Assembly (NCBI RefSeq): GCF_018350175.1
Contig: NC_058368.1
Location: 145,764,001 to 145,828,000, forward strand
Origin: Felis catus
Lineage: Eukaryota
Length of the DNA stretch: 64,000 nucleotides
Direction of reading: 5' to 3'
This document shows, one piece after another, positions 26,749-37,645 of this stretch. The notes beneath the pieces are model-generated. The model saw only the letters and a list, made by a program, of their open reading frames with translations, did no database searches and had not been told where the DNA came from. The first letter of the stretch is position 1; each line of letters starts with the position of its first letter. The position numbers and the translations under genes were made by a program.

Positions 26749-26958
26749 AGGGACACCTGGGTAGCTCACTCGGTTAAGCATCTGACTCTTTTGGGTTTGG
26801 CTTAGGTCATGATCTCGTGGTTCATGAGTTGAAGTCCTGCACCTAGCCCTGCACTGTCAGAGCAGAGCCTGCTTGGGATTCTCTCTTTCTCCCTCTCTCT
26901 GTCCCTCCCCAGTCATGCGGTCTCTGTCTCTCTCAAAAATAAGTAAATAAACTTAAAA
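26749..26958 (+). mobile_element. CanSINE
   Basis: gggacacctgggtagctcactcggttaag head, CT tract, tail. Confidence 0.92.
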
Positions 26959-26989
26959 AATATTTTAAATTTATTGACTATTGTCAGAT

Positions 26990-27880
26990 GTTTTATTCTT
27001 CCTATAAACTTTAAGATCATTTTATCCAACTACCTCTTGCTCCCTGCCCAACAACATGAAATGGCAACCTCCACTGAAAATTCAATTAGAGTGACAGTGA
27101 AGTTATTTTATTAGTTGTGGAAAGTTTAATCTTTTTAATATGTTGTCTTCTAATTCATGAATATGGTGTAACTTTCCATATGTTCATAAAATTTTATAAT
27201 TTACTTCTATAGGTCTTGAGCTTTTCTTGTTAAATTTATTGTTAAGTACTTTTATTATTTGATGCTATTTTAAGTGTCTTTCTGAATACCATTTCCTTTC
27301 TTTAGGTGACTTATAGCTAAAGTAGAGAAAAACTAGTGCTTTATTTGTATTTATATTGTATTCTACACTCTACCAAATTCTCTTATTAATGCTATTATAT
27401 TTTTCCAAGAGCATCTTAGATTTTCTAGTCATTCAATTATTTCAACAAGAGACATTTTTATTTCTTCTGTTCTAATGCTTATATATTTATTTAATTTTCT
27501 TATATTAATAGAGGTTATGAAATAATTTTAAATAATAATTTGGTTATTTTAATGAAGGTTATTTTAGTGGCTTACCATTATGGGTAATATTCTTGATTTT
27601 CAATAAATGTCTTGATTCTCATAAATTTTATTTTACTGAGTATTTTTTATCAAGAATGGTTGTTGAATTTTATCAAATATAGTTTCAACATTTATTGATA
27701 TGACATTTTTTGTTTTGTTGGTATAATAGATTATGTTGATAACATTTCTGATTATGTTGATAATATAGATTATGTTGATAAAACATCTTGCTTTCCTAAA
27801 ATCAGAATTTCTTAGTTGCAGTTTATTAATCTTTCAATATATTGCTGAATGCTACTTGCTAATACTGTATTAAGCATTTA
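26990..27880 (-). mobile_element. Ancient L1M fragment (degraded ORF2 region)
   Basis: T-rich, L1-antisense motifs such as tgttgaattttatcaaat and attcatgaatatggt. Confidence 0.65.
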
Positions 27881-28039
27881 TATATAATAGGACAAGGCAA
27901 ATGGGACAAATATACATAAAGGCATATATGGAAATTAAAAATTAATAAGTATGTAAAGAACTTTTATATTTAAAAATTTTGAATATATCCTATAAGCTGT
28001 ATGTAGAAAGAAACTTACAACCCTCAAAGATAATCCAAA

Positions 28040-28600
28040 TTTTCATAAATACAACATGTGAACATTTATAAAAACTGATTGAAAATCTGGCTACAAATTC
28101 CAAAAGTCTACACTTTATAGGCAACTGTTTTACTTCATTAGATAATGAAATTAAAATAAATAATTAAGCATGATAAAAAGTTATCTATTTGGAAGATAAG
28201 AGTCACACTCCCAGACAACCCTTGATTGAATTGTCAAATCAAAACTTTCTGTGAAGCAAAGAAAAGGAGCGGTGCCTGGGTTGAGTGTCTGACCCTTGAT
28301 TTCAGCTCAGGTCATGATCCTTAGGTGGTGATCCATGCCAGGCTCTGTGCTGAGCGTAGAGTCTGCTTAAGATTCATTCTCTCTCTCATTCTCAAGCTGC
28401 CCCTCTCCCCAGCTCACATGTTCTCTCTTTCTCTATAAAAAAAAAAGGAAAGAAAAGGAAAACACTTTACACAAAAAATCTGTGGGACACAGTGATAAAT
28501 GGACTTGAGAAACATTTTAAGCTTTTATATGCTTTCATTTTTAAAGAGATAAAAAATTTTAAAAACCCATAATATACACCATAAGAAATTGGAAAAAGAG
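28040..28600 (+). mobile_element. Ancient L1M fragment in opposite orientation, with a SINE insert
   Basis: A-rich; aaaatctgtgggacacag resembles L1 ORF2 NLWD(T)A. Confidence 0.5.
28270..28450 (+). mobile_element. CanSINE with an internal head deletion
   Basis: ttgatttcagctcaggtcatgatc, CT tract, A tail; TSD aaagaaaagga. Confidence 0.88.
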
Positions 28601-30239
28601 TACAGATTTCTAGGAGTTATGCTTTGTTTCCTCTTATTCTTTCCAGTTTCATCTTTTTGTATTTTTGTGCCATGCTTTAAAATCTGTCTTCCGTATGCTC
28701 TTCCAGATCACTAATATGGGTCTCAAAAGTGACTAACTTCTCTTTCAATTCATCCACTGAGTAATTTTCATGATAATTTTCTTTATTTCCAGAAAATGTT
28801 TGTGCTGTATTTAAGCTTGTTTAAGTCCCCATAAGGAGCTCTCTCAATTGCTGTTTTCCTTTGCTGTACTTCAGCCACTTCCATGAATGGGAGTTCCATC
28901 CATTCTGACTGGCTCTTATTGCTTGTGGAGCCACCAAACAATCCTCTGACTCAGAAGAGATAGACAGATCACACTGGGTAGTGGGAATAAATGAGTTGTG
29001 TTTAGGATGCCATTTTTTGAGAATCCTCTGATCTGATTTGACTTAAATTCATATCATGTTAAGCATTCCAGCTTGTGATAACTATGTAATAGTTACCAGC
29101 TAATTTTTACCTGTGGTGGAGGCCACAATGTTAAGGACATATTAGAAAATAATTACGAATGGTGAAGAATGAAGATTGTGGTATACACAAAAAGCATTTG
29201 GAAAAGTTGGAAGACTAGTGCGTGTTGGATAGCAGGTGAAGCATCAGGGAAAATATGGAGCTCAAGAGGGCAGGTTATGAATAAGGAAAGGAATAAAATT
29301 GATAGAGACAAATAGTATTATGCACAGCCTTTAGTTCTAGGATGAAGACGTTTTCTTGATCCTTTTCTTGATCCTGAATTCCAGAAAAAAAATTTTTTTT
29401 TAAAGTTTTGATTACTCATTTGGTTAGATGTGAAATTGATAATTAACAGTATTGGTACTATGGACTGGAGTGAAGTGAGACTAAGATCAGCCCTTCTTTG
29501 GAGATGTGGAGAAGAACTAACTCCAAGCTGACTCTGAGGATTGAAAGCCTGATATTTCATGGATCATGCTATTTGTATCTTTTTTTTTTCTATTGATAAA
29601 TATCACATTTAATTTAATTAAATATTTTATATTATTAAAAATAGTTTTAGAACCCAAGATGGCACAGAGGAGAACTCATAGCAAGCCACTGCTAACTGTT
29701 AACAGTGGTGGCCAGAACTGGGAGCCAACGAATGGGCCTGGATCTTACTTCGTGTGGGTAAGAAAACAGGTGTTTCTGAAGAGGGATTAAAAGGAGCCAA
29801 AGGGAGGGAATTCAAGAGCAGCCGTTACAAATTCTAGAGATTTGAATTATTATTTTCCCAGCCTTATTTTCCCAGCCTTAGGCCTGGTGTTGAGTTGATT
29901 CTTTGGCTGCAAACTCCTTTCTGAGTTCAGAAGATTTTTGTGAAAGGAGATGCTCTCTTTTGGAAAGAAGTGCCCTTTCACATGTTCACTTCACAGAAAG
30001 AAGAGTAAAGTTTCCAAGTCATAAGACATCCAAGAATCATCTTACTATTTTTCTTGCTCTATATATTCCTTCATTTGAGAGGAAACAATGATAGTCTCCT
30101 AATATACCTATCACAAAACATGATGAATTATTTGCTTGAAAGATTTTAAGATAGGTAAAAAATTGGGTTGGATATTTTATTTTAAGTGGGTAATTTTGCA
30201 GACTTGGATGCTGATTCGGACAAATTTATAACACATTTG

Positions 30240-30700
30240 TTTCCTAAATCATTTGTGCTTTTTGATGTTCAGAAATCATTTTCTACTCCAAAATCAAAAA
30301 GATATTCTTACACACATTTTTACAGTATTGTTTTTCACATTTAGATTTTCAAAACACTTGAATTTTTTTAATTTTACATGTAGTATCACGTAGAAGTTTA
30401 ATTTCACTTTTCTCGTGACACCATTTATTATAGGGTCCATCATTTTCCCCAGTGATTCAGATATGTCAACCATATACTACATTCTTCTGAATGCATGGAC
30501 CCATTTTCTGAGCTCTGTATTCTGTTCCACTGACTCATTTCCCATCACTCTGTCAATTCTACTTCATCCGAATTATTATAGTTTTATACTATCTTGTTAT
30601 TTGGCAGGATAAGACCCTCATTTTGTTCTTTGTCTTCAAAATTGTTTGTCTGTTTCATTTTTAAGTTATATCTTCTAGTTTTTTCATGTAAATTAAAGGT
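30240..30700 (-). mobile_element. Ancient L1M fragment
   Basis: ctctgtattctgttccactga...aattattatagttttata, antisense of the ORF2 YYKA/DQWNRIE region. Confidence 0.65.
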
Positions 30701-30783
30701 TAATCATCCTGTCGTTATTGAAGCAAGCTGACTAAAATTGTTTGAAACTACTACTCATCACTTTTTTTAACCTCTTTATTCTT

Positions 30784-30786
<3 letters not shown>

Positions 30787-30822
<36 letters not shown>
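30787..30822. repeat. (CT)n microsatellite
   Basis: Read directly from the sequence. Confidence 0.95.
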
Positions 30823-30826
<4 letters not shown>

Positions 30827-30914
30827 ACTGACCTCTTTAAAATTTCTTATCTGTAAATGGGAAAAGTAAAAGTACCATCCCATATGATGGATACCAATGC
30901 AGTTAAAGTTTCTT

Positions 30915-31135
30915 GGAGCCCCTGGGTGGCTCACTCTGTTGAGCCTCTGACTCTTTGATTTCCGCTTGGGTTGTGATCCCATGACCCATCCCAGAGTCAT
31001 GGGATCAAGTCCCATGTAGGGCTCTGCACTAAGCATGGATCTTGTTTGAGATTCTCTTTCTCCCTCTCTCTCTCTCTGCTTCTCACCTGCGTGCATGCAC
31101 CCTCTCTCACTCTCTCAAATAAAAATAAATAAAGG
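30915..31135 (+). mobile_element. CanSINE (older), within a MIR
   Basis: cctgggtggctcactctgttgag head, CT tract, aataaa tail. Confidence 0.88.
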
Positions 31136-32291
31136 GCTGAATTTAAAAATAAGTTTAAGTTTCTCAACCTTTTGAAACTTTTTCCTCATCTATAATGATA
31201 CATTATTTATCAAGATTAAAGGAGCTAATATATCCGCTTAATACAGTACTAGCACATAAATAAATGTTAGTTTTTTTTTTCAAGTCATGAACCAAAGCAT
31301 GAAAATTGGAAAACAAAAAGCACTTGTAGAGACTGTGTGTCGGTGACATAATATGGCAAAGAATGTTGGTGCAGATAAATGGAAAGAGATAAATTAAGAA
31401 GATAGGGTCACATAGCAAAGCCAGTCTGAAGCCAGTCAATTTAGAGAAGCGTTTGGTATTTGCTCAGGGCTTTGCATCTTGTATTTACTGATTCCTTTTC
31501 CCACCCTGGTGAGGTAATCATGATCATACCCATTTTACACATGACGTCAAGCAACTTACTCAAGTCATTCACATACGTATCCAAACAGATGTATGAACCT
31601 GGGTCTGATTCTAAAACCAATGCTTTCCCCTTCTATGTAAGGCTGAGGAGTTGGGAGTTTAGCTTAAACATTTTTAGGGAGAAGAAAAGGTAACGAAAAA
31701 AAATATTTCAGGAAGATTGGTTTGGCAGTATATGCAGATTGCCACATGCGGTGTAGCTGGAAGGTGACAGCGGGAGCTGGGAGGAAGAAGGATCAGACTG
31801 TGTCAGTCCTGCAGAGGTAAAGGGGTAAAGGGTTAGACAGGCAGTGGCAGTGGGGATGGCCAGTGGGGATGGCCTGTCAGACACCTGTCCTTTTGTGCCT
31901 GATATTACTTAACGTTGTCTGCTTAGCAAATGCCTCTTCATTGATGAAGCGTTTTGTTTCAAACAAGATTTCTTTCAAACTGGACTTTATTTAAAGTGTC
32001 TTTAAAAAATCTTCTTTTAACATACTAGAATCTAGTTGATACTACAAAAAGGAAAACTAATTAACGAAACAGTACTAAATATTAAAATATTACTAAAAAT
32101 TGACAGTACTAAATTCTAGAAAAAATTTATTTCATGGAGTATGAGTCATTAAAAAATGAAAATTTGATTACTGAAATATCTTTTTTTTTCTGAAATATCT
32201 TTAAAGTATTTTTAGATCCTTAGAGTATTTAGGGCCTTTTGTTGGTTCAGATGTTCTAATATTTACTATTTGAATGAAAGAAAAATACATT

Positions 32292-32506
32292 AAAAAATTT
32301 TTTTAGCGTTTACTTATTATTGAGAAACAGAGACAGAGCATGAGTATGGGAGGGACAGAGAGAGAGAGGGCGACCTAGAATCCGAAGCAGGCTCCAGGCT
32401 CCGAGCTGTCAGCGCAGAGCCCAATGCAGGGCTCGAACTCACAAACTGCGAGATCGTGACCGAGCTGAAGTCAGGTGCTTAACCGACTGAGCCACCCTGG
32501 CACTCC
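32292..32506 (-). mobile_element. CanSINE
   Basis: aaccgactgagccaccctggcactcc head end. Confidence 0.93.
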
Positions 32507-32524
32507 AAAATAAAAATACATTTT

Positions 32525-32743
32525 AAATTTTTTTTTTTTTCAACGTTTATTTATTTTTGGGACAGAGAGAGACAGAGCATGAACGGGGGAGGGGCAGAGA
32601 GAGAGGGAGACACAGAATCGGAAACAGGCTCCAGGCTCCGAGCCATCAGCCCAGAGCCTGACGCGGGGCTCGAACTCACGGACCGCGAGATCGTGACCTG
32701 GCTGAAGTCGGACGCTTAACCGACTGCGCCACCCAGGCGCCCC
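32525..32743 (-). mobile_element. Young feline CanSINE
   Basis: Perfect 18-bp TSD aaaataaaaatacatttt at 32507-32524 and 32744-32761; CpGs retained. Confidence 0.96.
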
Positions 32744-33291
32744 AAAATAAAAATACATTTTAATGGAGAAATGAGTACTTCTGTGGTTTGTACCTCATTT
32801 TGCTGCGTATGGATTTGTAGAAACTTTGCACATGAAAAAAGAAAAGAAAACATAAGTTGTTGTGACTACATTCCTTATTGCCATAGACTAAAGCAAGGCA
32901 AATCTTACCAAACTAATTTTGGTTTTAAATAATAAACCTCATGGCTAATTGCAGATAATCAAAACTAAATCAAAATCAAAACCCAACACCTAAACTACAT
33001 TAAATTTAAACAAAGATGCTAATAAAAGCATTTAAACTCTCAAACACTAGTTTAGTAGATTTTACACCACTTTTATTATTAGCCAATGAGTTGAATCCCT
33101 TTCTGAAGTATTTATAATGTTCAAACTTCTTAATGATTTTCATAGAGGCTAAAAGAAACCCTCAGCTTCAAAGGAGACCGGAAAAGGTTATAGGAACGAG
33201 AAGGCAAAGTAAGAATAAGAACTGCATTTCATTTCCTTTTAAAGAATATTATTGTCAAAGAAAAAAATGAATAGGATATTCTTCTGCCAAA

Positions 33292-33389
33292 TGGGGAGCC
33301 TGATGCAGCCCAGTTAGAGGCTGGCCCCTGGGAGGAGGCTGGGGAGCCTAATGCAGCCCAAGTACAGGCTGACCCCTGGGATAAGGCTG
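33292..33389. repeat. Diverged 48-bp tandem duplication (2 copies, 41/48 identical)
   Basis: tggggagcct(g/a)atgcagccca...cccctggga..aggc at 33292-33339 and 33340-33387. Confidence 0.9.
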
Positions 33390-33739
33390 ACGTAGGGAAA
33401 TGGCAACAGGCCCTTCAAAGCCAAAAGACCACCCTTTCTCTCCCACAGTGGGACAGCAAGGCCTGAGAGTTTTGGTGACTGGTTGGAGCTACCTGGGCTT
33501 AGAGCCTGGCCAGCTTGAGTCAGCTGGAGGTGGTCTGCTGTGGAAGTGAGGAATACATCAGCATTAAGGATTCCAGCTGCCTCTGCCAAGTATGTTAGGT
33601 GCTCAAGTTAGGATAATGGCACCCAGTCTGGTCTGCTAGGTTGTCAGCAGGCTAGGCTGGTGGAAATTTGTCATTATCTTGATGTCTCATTATAGACTTC
33701 TTTGTGGAGGAATAGTGAACTTTGGATAGTTTTCGTTTT

Positions 33740-33943
33740 TTCTAATTTTTTTTTAAGTTTATTTATATCTGAGAGAGATAAAGACAGAGTGCAAGCTGGG
33801 GGAGGGACAGGAAGGGGGAGACACAGAATCTGAAGTAGGCTCCAGGCTCCACAGAGCTGGATGTGGGGCTTGAACTCACAAACTGCGAGATCATGACCTG
33901 AGCTGAAGTCTGACGCTCAACCAACTGAGCCACCGGGCGCCCC
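33740..33943 (-). mobile_element. CanSINE
   Basis: aactgagccaccgggcgcccc head end. Confidence 0.92.
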
Positions 33944-34635
33944 TGCAAAGTTTTCAAATTTCAGTTTGTATCTGAGTACTACATATTCTCTCTGCCTTCA
34001 TTTTTTTTTTTAAGTCAGGTAAATGATATCTTCATTAGCAATGTAAAAATCTATTGCTTCTACTATCTGTGGAATTCCCAAAACAATTTCACTTTCCTCA
34101 GATCATTTCAACCCAGATTCTTTCCCCTGCCCTTCCCCTCTCTGCCCCCCCAATCCCTTCTCAGGGTATTTTATTGAAGCTGTCCTGGTTAACACTCTAC
34201 CTTTCTATGTCACCATTTCCTGTACCTTCTTCTTTTGTTTTTCCAAACTCAACATCTCTTAAAATCTTTTCTCTGCCTTGTTCATTCAACCAAAAATATT
34301 TCCTCTGAGGATCAAAATCTAAGGACTAGATATGTATAATGGGGAGCAAACTTTTTTCCACTTTCACTGAGATTCTGGGCTAACACACAACAAACAGGTA
34401 AACAGAGAGACAAATTCATAATTATAAGTTGTGGTAACTATTACAAAGGGAAAGAACTGGGGGCATGGATCCTAAAGAAGGACAGTCTGAACAGAGAATC
34501 TGATGCAGGAAAATTTTGTGTCCTTGAGGAACTGAAAGAGAGTTTGAAGCAAGTAACTGAGACACAAAGTGCTATAAGGCAGGGCTAGAGGTTGATCACT
34601 CAAGGCCTTGCAGGTCAGATGATGAAGCCTGGAGA

Positions 34636-34653
34636 TATGTGTGTATGTATATA

Positions 34654-34695
<42 letters not shown>

Positions 34696-34708
34696 CATAT
34701 ATATATAT
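34636..34708. repeat. (TG)n/(TA)n compound microsatellite at a SINE tail
   Basis: Read directly from the sequence. Confidence 0.9.
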
Positions 34709-34872
34709 TATTTATTAATTTTGAGAGAGAGAGAGAGGGAGAAAATCCCAAGCAGGCTCTGTGCTTTCAGTGCAGAGCCTGACGTGGGGGGTGAACACAT
34801 AAACCATGAGATCATGACCTGAGCCAAAACCGAGACTTGGATGCTGAACTGACTGAGCCACTCAGAAGCCCC
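34705..34872 (-). mobile_element. CanSINE
   Basis: gagatcatgacctgagcc...gactgagccactcagaagcccc. Confidence 0.9.
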
Positions 34873-34882
34873 ATGGATATGT

Positions 34883-35020
34883 CCGCACTGGGCTCTGTGC
34901 TGACAGCTCAGAGCCTGGGGCCTGCTTTGGATTTTGTGTCTCCCCTTCTCTCTGCCCCTCCTCTGCTTGTGCTCTCTCTCTGTCTCTCAAAAAAATGAAT
35001 AAATGTTAAAAAAAAAAAAA
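34883..35020 (+). mobile_element. CanSINE lacking its 5' head
   Basis: Starts at internal ccgcactgggctctgtgctgacagctcagagcc; CT tract and A tail intact. Confidence 0.9.
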
Positions 35021-35346
35021 GAGATGGCTGCCATATACCTAAGTGGCACTTCAAAAGGAAAACAGAGAAAACTACTAAGAGAAAATATGCAGAGATGCAC
35101 TTGGTAATCTTTTTAAAATTGATGAAAGATGTGAGCCTACTAATTCAAGAAATGTAAAATGTCATATTCATCTAGACATTATTTAGTAAAGCTGAATAAT
35201 AGACAAAGATCTCAAAAAATATGAAAGACGAATGACCTACATTGCGTATATAAAATAGTAATTTTAAGATTTAATTTGTGTAATTAAAAAATACTAGAAG
35301 CTGGAGGGAGGGATGGGCAAATGTCCCTCAAAATGAGAAGGTAATT

Positions 35347-35798
35347 TGAGACCAGAGAATGAAGCAGACCACTCCATAAAGTTTCCACGAAGGTTTATTT
35401 GGGGTAACTTACTGATAGAGGAATCAGGCAACAATGATACAGCTGCACAATTATTCTCTTTAAAGTCTGGACCTTGTTCCAGATTTTACTGAGTGAGGGG
35501 ATGTGTAGGAGGGCCCTGTAGTAAGGTCGAAGGATTCCATGCAGCTAATTGGCAGCTTACCTTTAATTAGGTCTTGTGGTACGACCTGTACATCAGGAAG
35601 GGGTAAGGCTAGGTTATCTTTAACAGATACATGGGAGGCCAAAACAAGTTTCCTGCATCCCAGCCTTGGTAGGCATTTCTAAGGTAAGTATATTAATCTC
35701 CAAGGGGCCCAGAAGACATAGATCCAAGAGACGTCATAGAAATAAAATGAATTAAGTGGAGTGCCAGAGATACAGTCAGTATTGTCAGCACCCCTACA
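35347..35798 (-). mobile_element. Probable ERV solo LTR (about 450 bp)
   Basis: Minus strand TGTAGGGG...GGTCTCA termini with AATAAA about 50 nt before the end; no clear TSD. Confidence 0.5.
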
Positions 35799-35799
35799 A

Positions 35800-36437
35800 C
35801 AAATGAGAGATAAAATAGTAAAGAAAATAAGTCATGTAAACTAGGAGGAGGGATTAAGTTTAAAACATACTAAATTTCTTGTATTATTTGGGAGAAAGGA
35901 AAAGTAATTTACTGCATTTAGATTATATTAAGTATGTATATTAAAATTTGCATGAATGTCAACTAAATGAATATAAATGATATATATTTTCTAAACAACA
36001 GGAAGAAAATATTTTTTTTTAAAAAAGGCAAGAAACCAAGGCAGAAAGCCAAGAGAGAAGAGAAAAATCAATGTAGAAACATCACAACAATGGAACAAAA
36101 AACAACTAAATTGGTAGAAATAACTCTGAGTATATCAACAACAACAACAACAACAACAATAATAGTGAATTACTGATCTCTCCAGTAAAAAGTATATGTC
36201 ATTAAGACAGGATTAAAAAAATCCAACCATGTGCTGTTTACAAGATCACATCTAAAATGTAAGGACCAGAAATGTTTTAAGTAAAACAATAGAGATGATA
36301 TACCAAGCAAATATAAACCAAAAGAAAGTTGGTATTTTTATAGTAGATAAAATAGACTTAAATTTAAGGGAAAAACATTACTAGAGTTATAGGGTCATTA
36401 CATAATGATGGAAGTTTTAAATCACTGGGAGGAAGAT
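35800..36437 (+). mobile_element. Ancient L1M, inter-ORF region and degraded endonuclease domain
   Basis: tgtgctgtttacaaga...ataccaagcaaatataaaccaaaagaaagttgg resembles ICCLQE...YHAN.NQKKAG. Confidence 0.75.
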
Positions 36438-36824
36438 TGTGATGTGCTGCATAGAGTCCTTTTCAGGATTTATCACTTCATCTGCTGAGAATGTCATCTG
36501 CATGTAACTCTCAGCCATCAGTCCACAAGGGAGATTGGAACCTCCTTAACCAAGTTCACACTTTCTTCCCCCAGCATCTCAAAACAAATGACCAACAAAT
36601 GATAGACCAATGGGGACACCCTGAAGGGTCAGTCCATCTTTGGAACTCCTCACATGGTCAGTTTAGACATTCCATTGAGACCACATCACATTTTGACTCC
36701 TCTCTCTGGCCACTCCTGTTTCCTTCCCTTCCACAGGTGTTGAATGCAAAAGCACTTCCTAATGAATCTCCTACATACTCATTTCTGTCTCAGCATTGGT
36801 TCCTGGAAAACCCAGACTGCAACA
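36438..36824 (+). mobile_element. ERVL-class 5' LTR (LTR16-like)
   Basis: TG start; end ctcagcattggttcctggaaaacccagactgcaaCA, followed by PBS-like tggtaccag. Confidence 0.7.
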
Positions 36825-37645
36825 AATGGTACCAGAAAGACCCAAGAAAAGCAAGTTCGGGGATGAGATTTGGGAGCAGTCTCACCCACCCTCAGTTTGT
36901 CCTGGAGATTCCAAACCTGATGGTAGGTGAAACAAAGATAGTCCTTGGCATACGATAGCAAGCAGTGCAATTGCTAGAACTTTCCCTGGAGGTGAATTGG
37001 AATGGCATACCACTGGAAGGAAATGTATTAGTCTGTGTGCTATTTCCAGCATTTGAAAACTATGGAAAAAATAGTAAGTGTAAGAACAATGGAATTGGAT
37101 GGCCACTGTTAACCTCAAGTGATGCTCTGGAAAAACATGAGAAGCTATAAACATTTAACTGACAATTAAAAGCTAAATGTGAAAGCCAGAGGATGTCCTT
37201 GATAGCCTATGAAACAAAGCTCACCTCTGATAATGGAGGAGCAGGGAAAGCACAACACAGCCACAAAAGTGGTAGCACGCCAAAGTGGGTTAAGTGCACT
37301 GCTGAAGCTGATTTCCTTTGACAGGACCTCAAAACAACAGAGGCAGGGTGATAGTATATATTTTTGCGGGCTCATATTGTAATGAGTGGCACAGTTAGAG
37401 AGGCAGCTACGGGAGACCCATAAAAGACCTACAGAGAGTCCTTTAGACTCTCATGGTTAATAGAACATGGTGTCCCTAAAGGCTAAATCAAAGGGCAACC
37501 AAAAGGACATTACTGAATCTGTACCATCAAAGGAAACTAAGGATGGACAATCAGGAGTCTGATGTCAGTCACCCAAAAAAAAAATCATGATCCGTTGCCC
37601 AGCTTCTGCACATGAGCCAATTTTTGCACTCAAAACCCATTGGAA
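36825..37645 (+). mobile_element. ERVL-class internal fragment (PBS and degraded gag)
   Basis: Translation AFENYGKNSKCKNNGIGWPLLTSSDALEK resembles the ERVL gag N-terminal GIGWLLL motif; stops and frameshifts present. Confidence 0.7.

Noticed and set aside
29351..31874. Small 12-14 bp tandem duplications (29351, 29850, 31848)
   Set aside because: Ordinary slippage events, common in mammalian DNA
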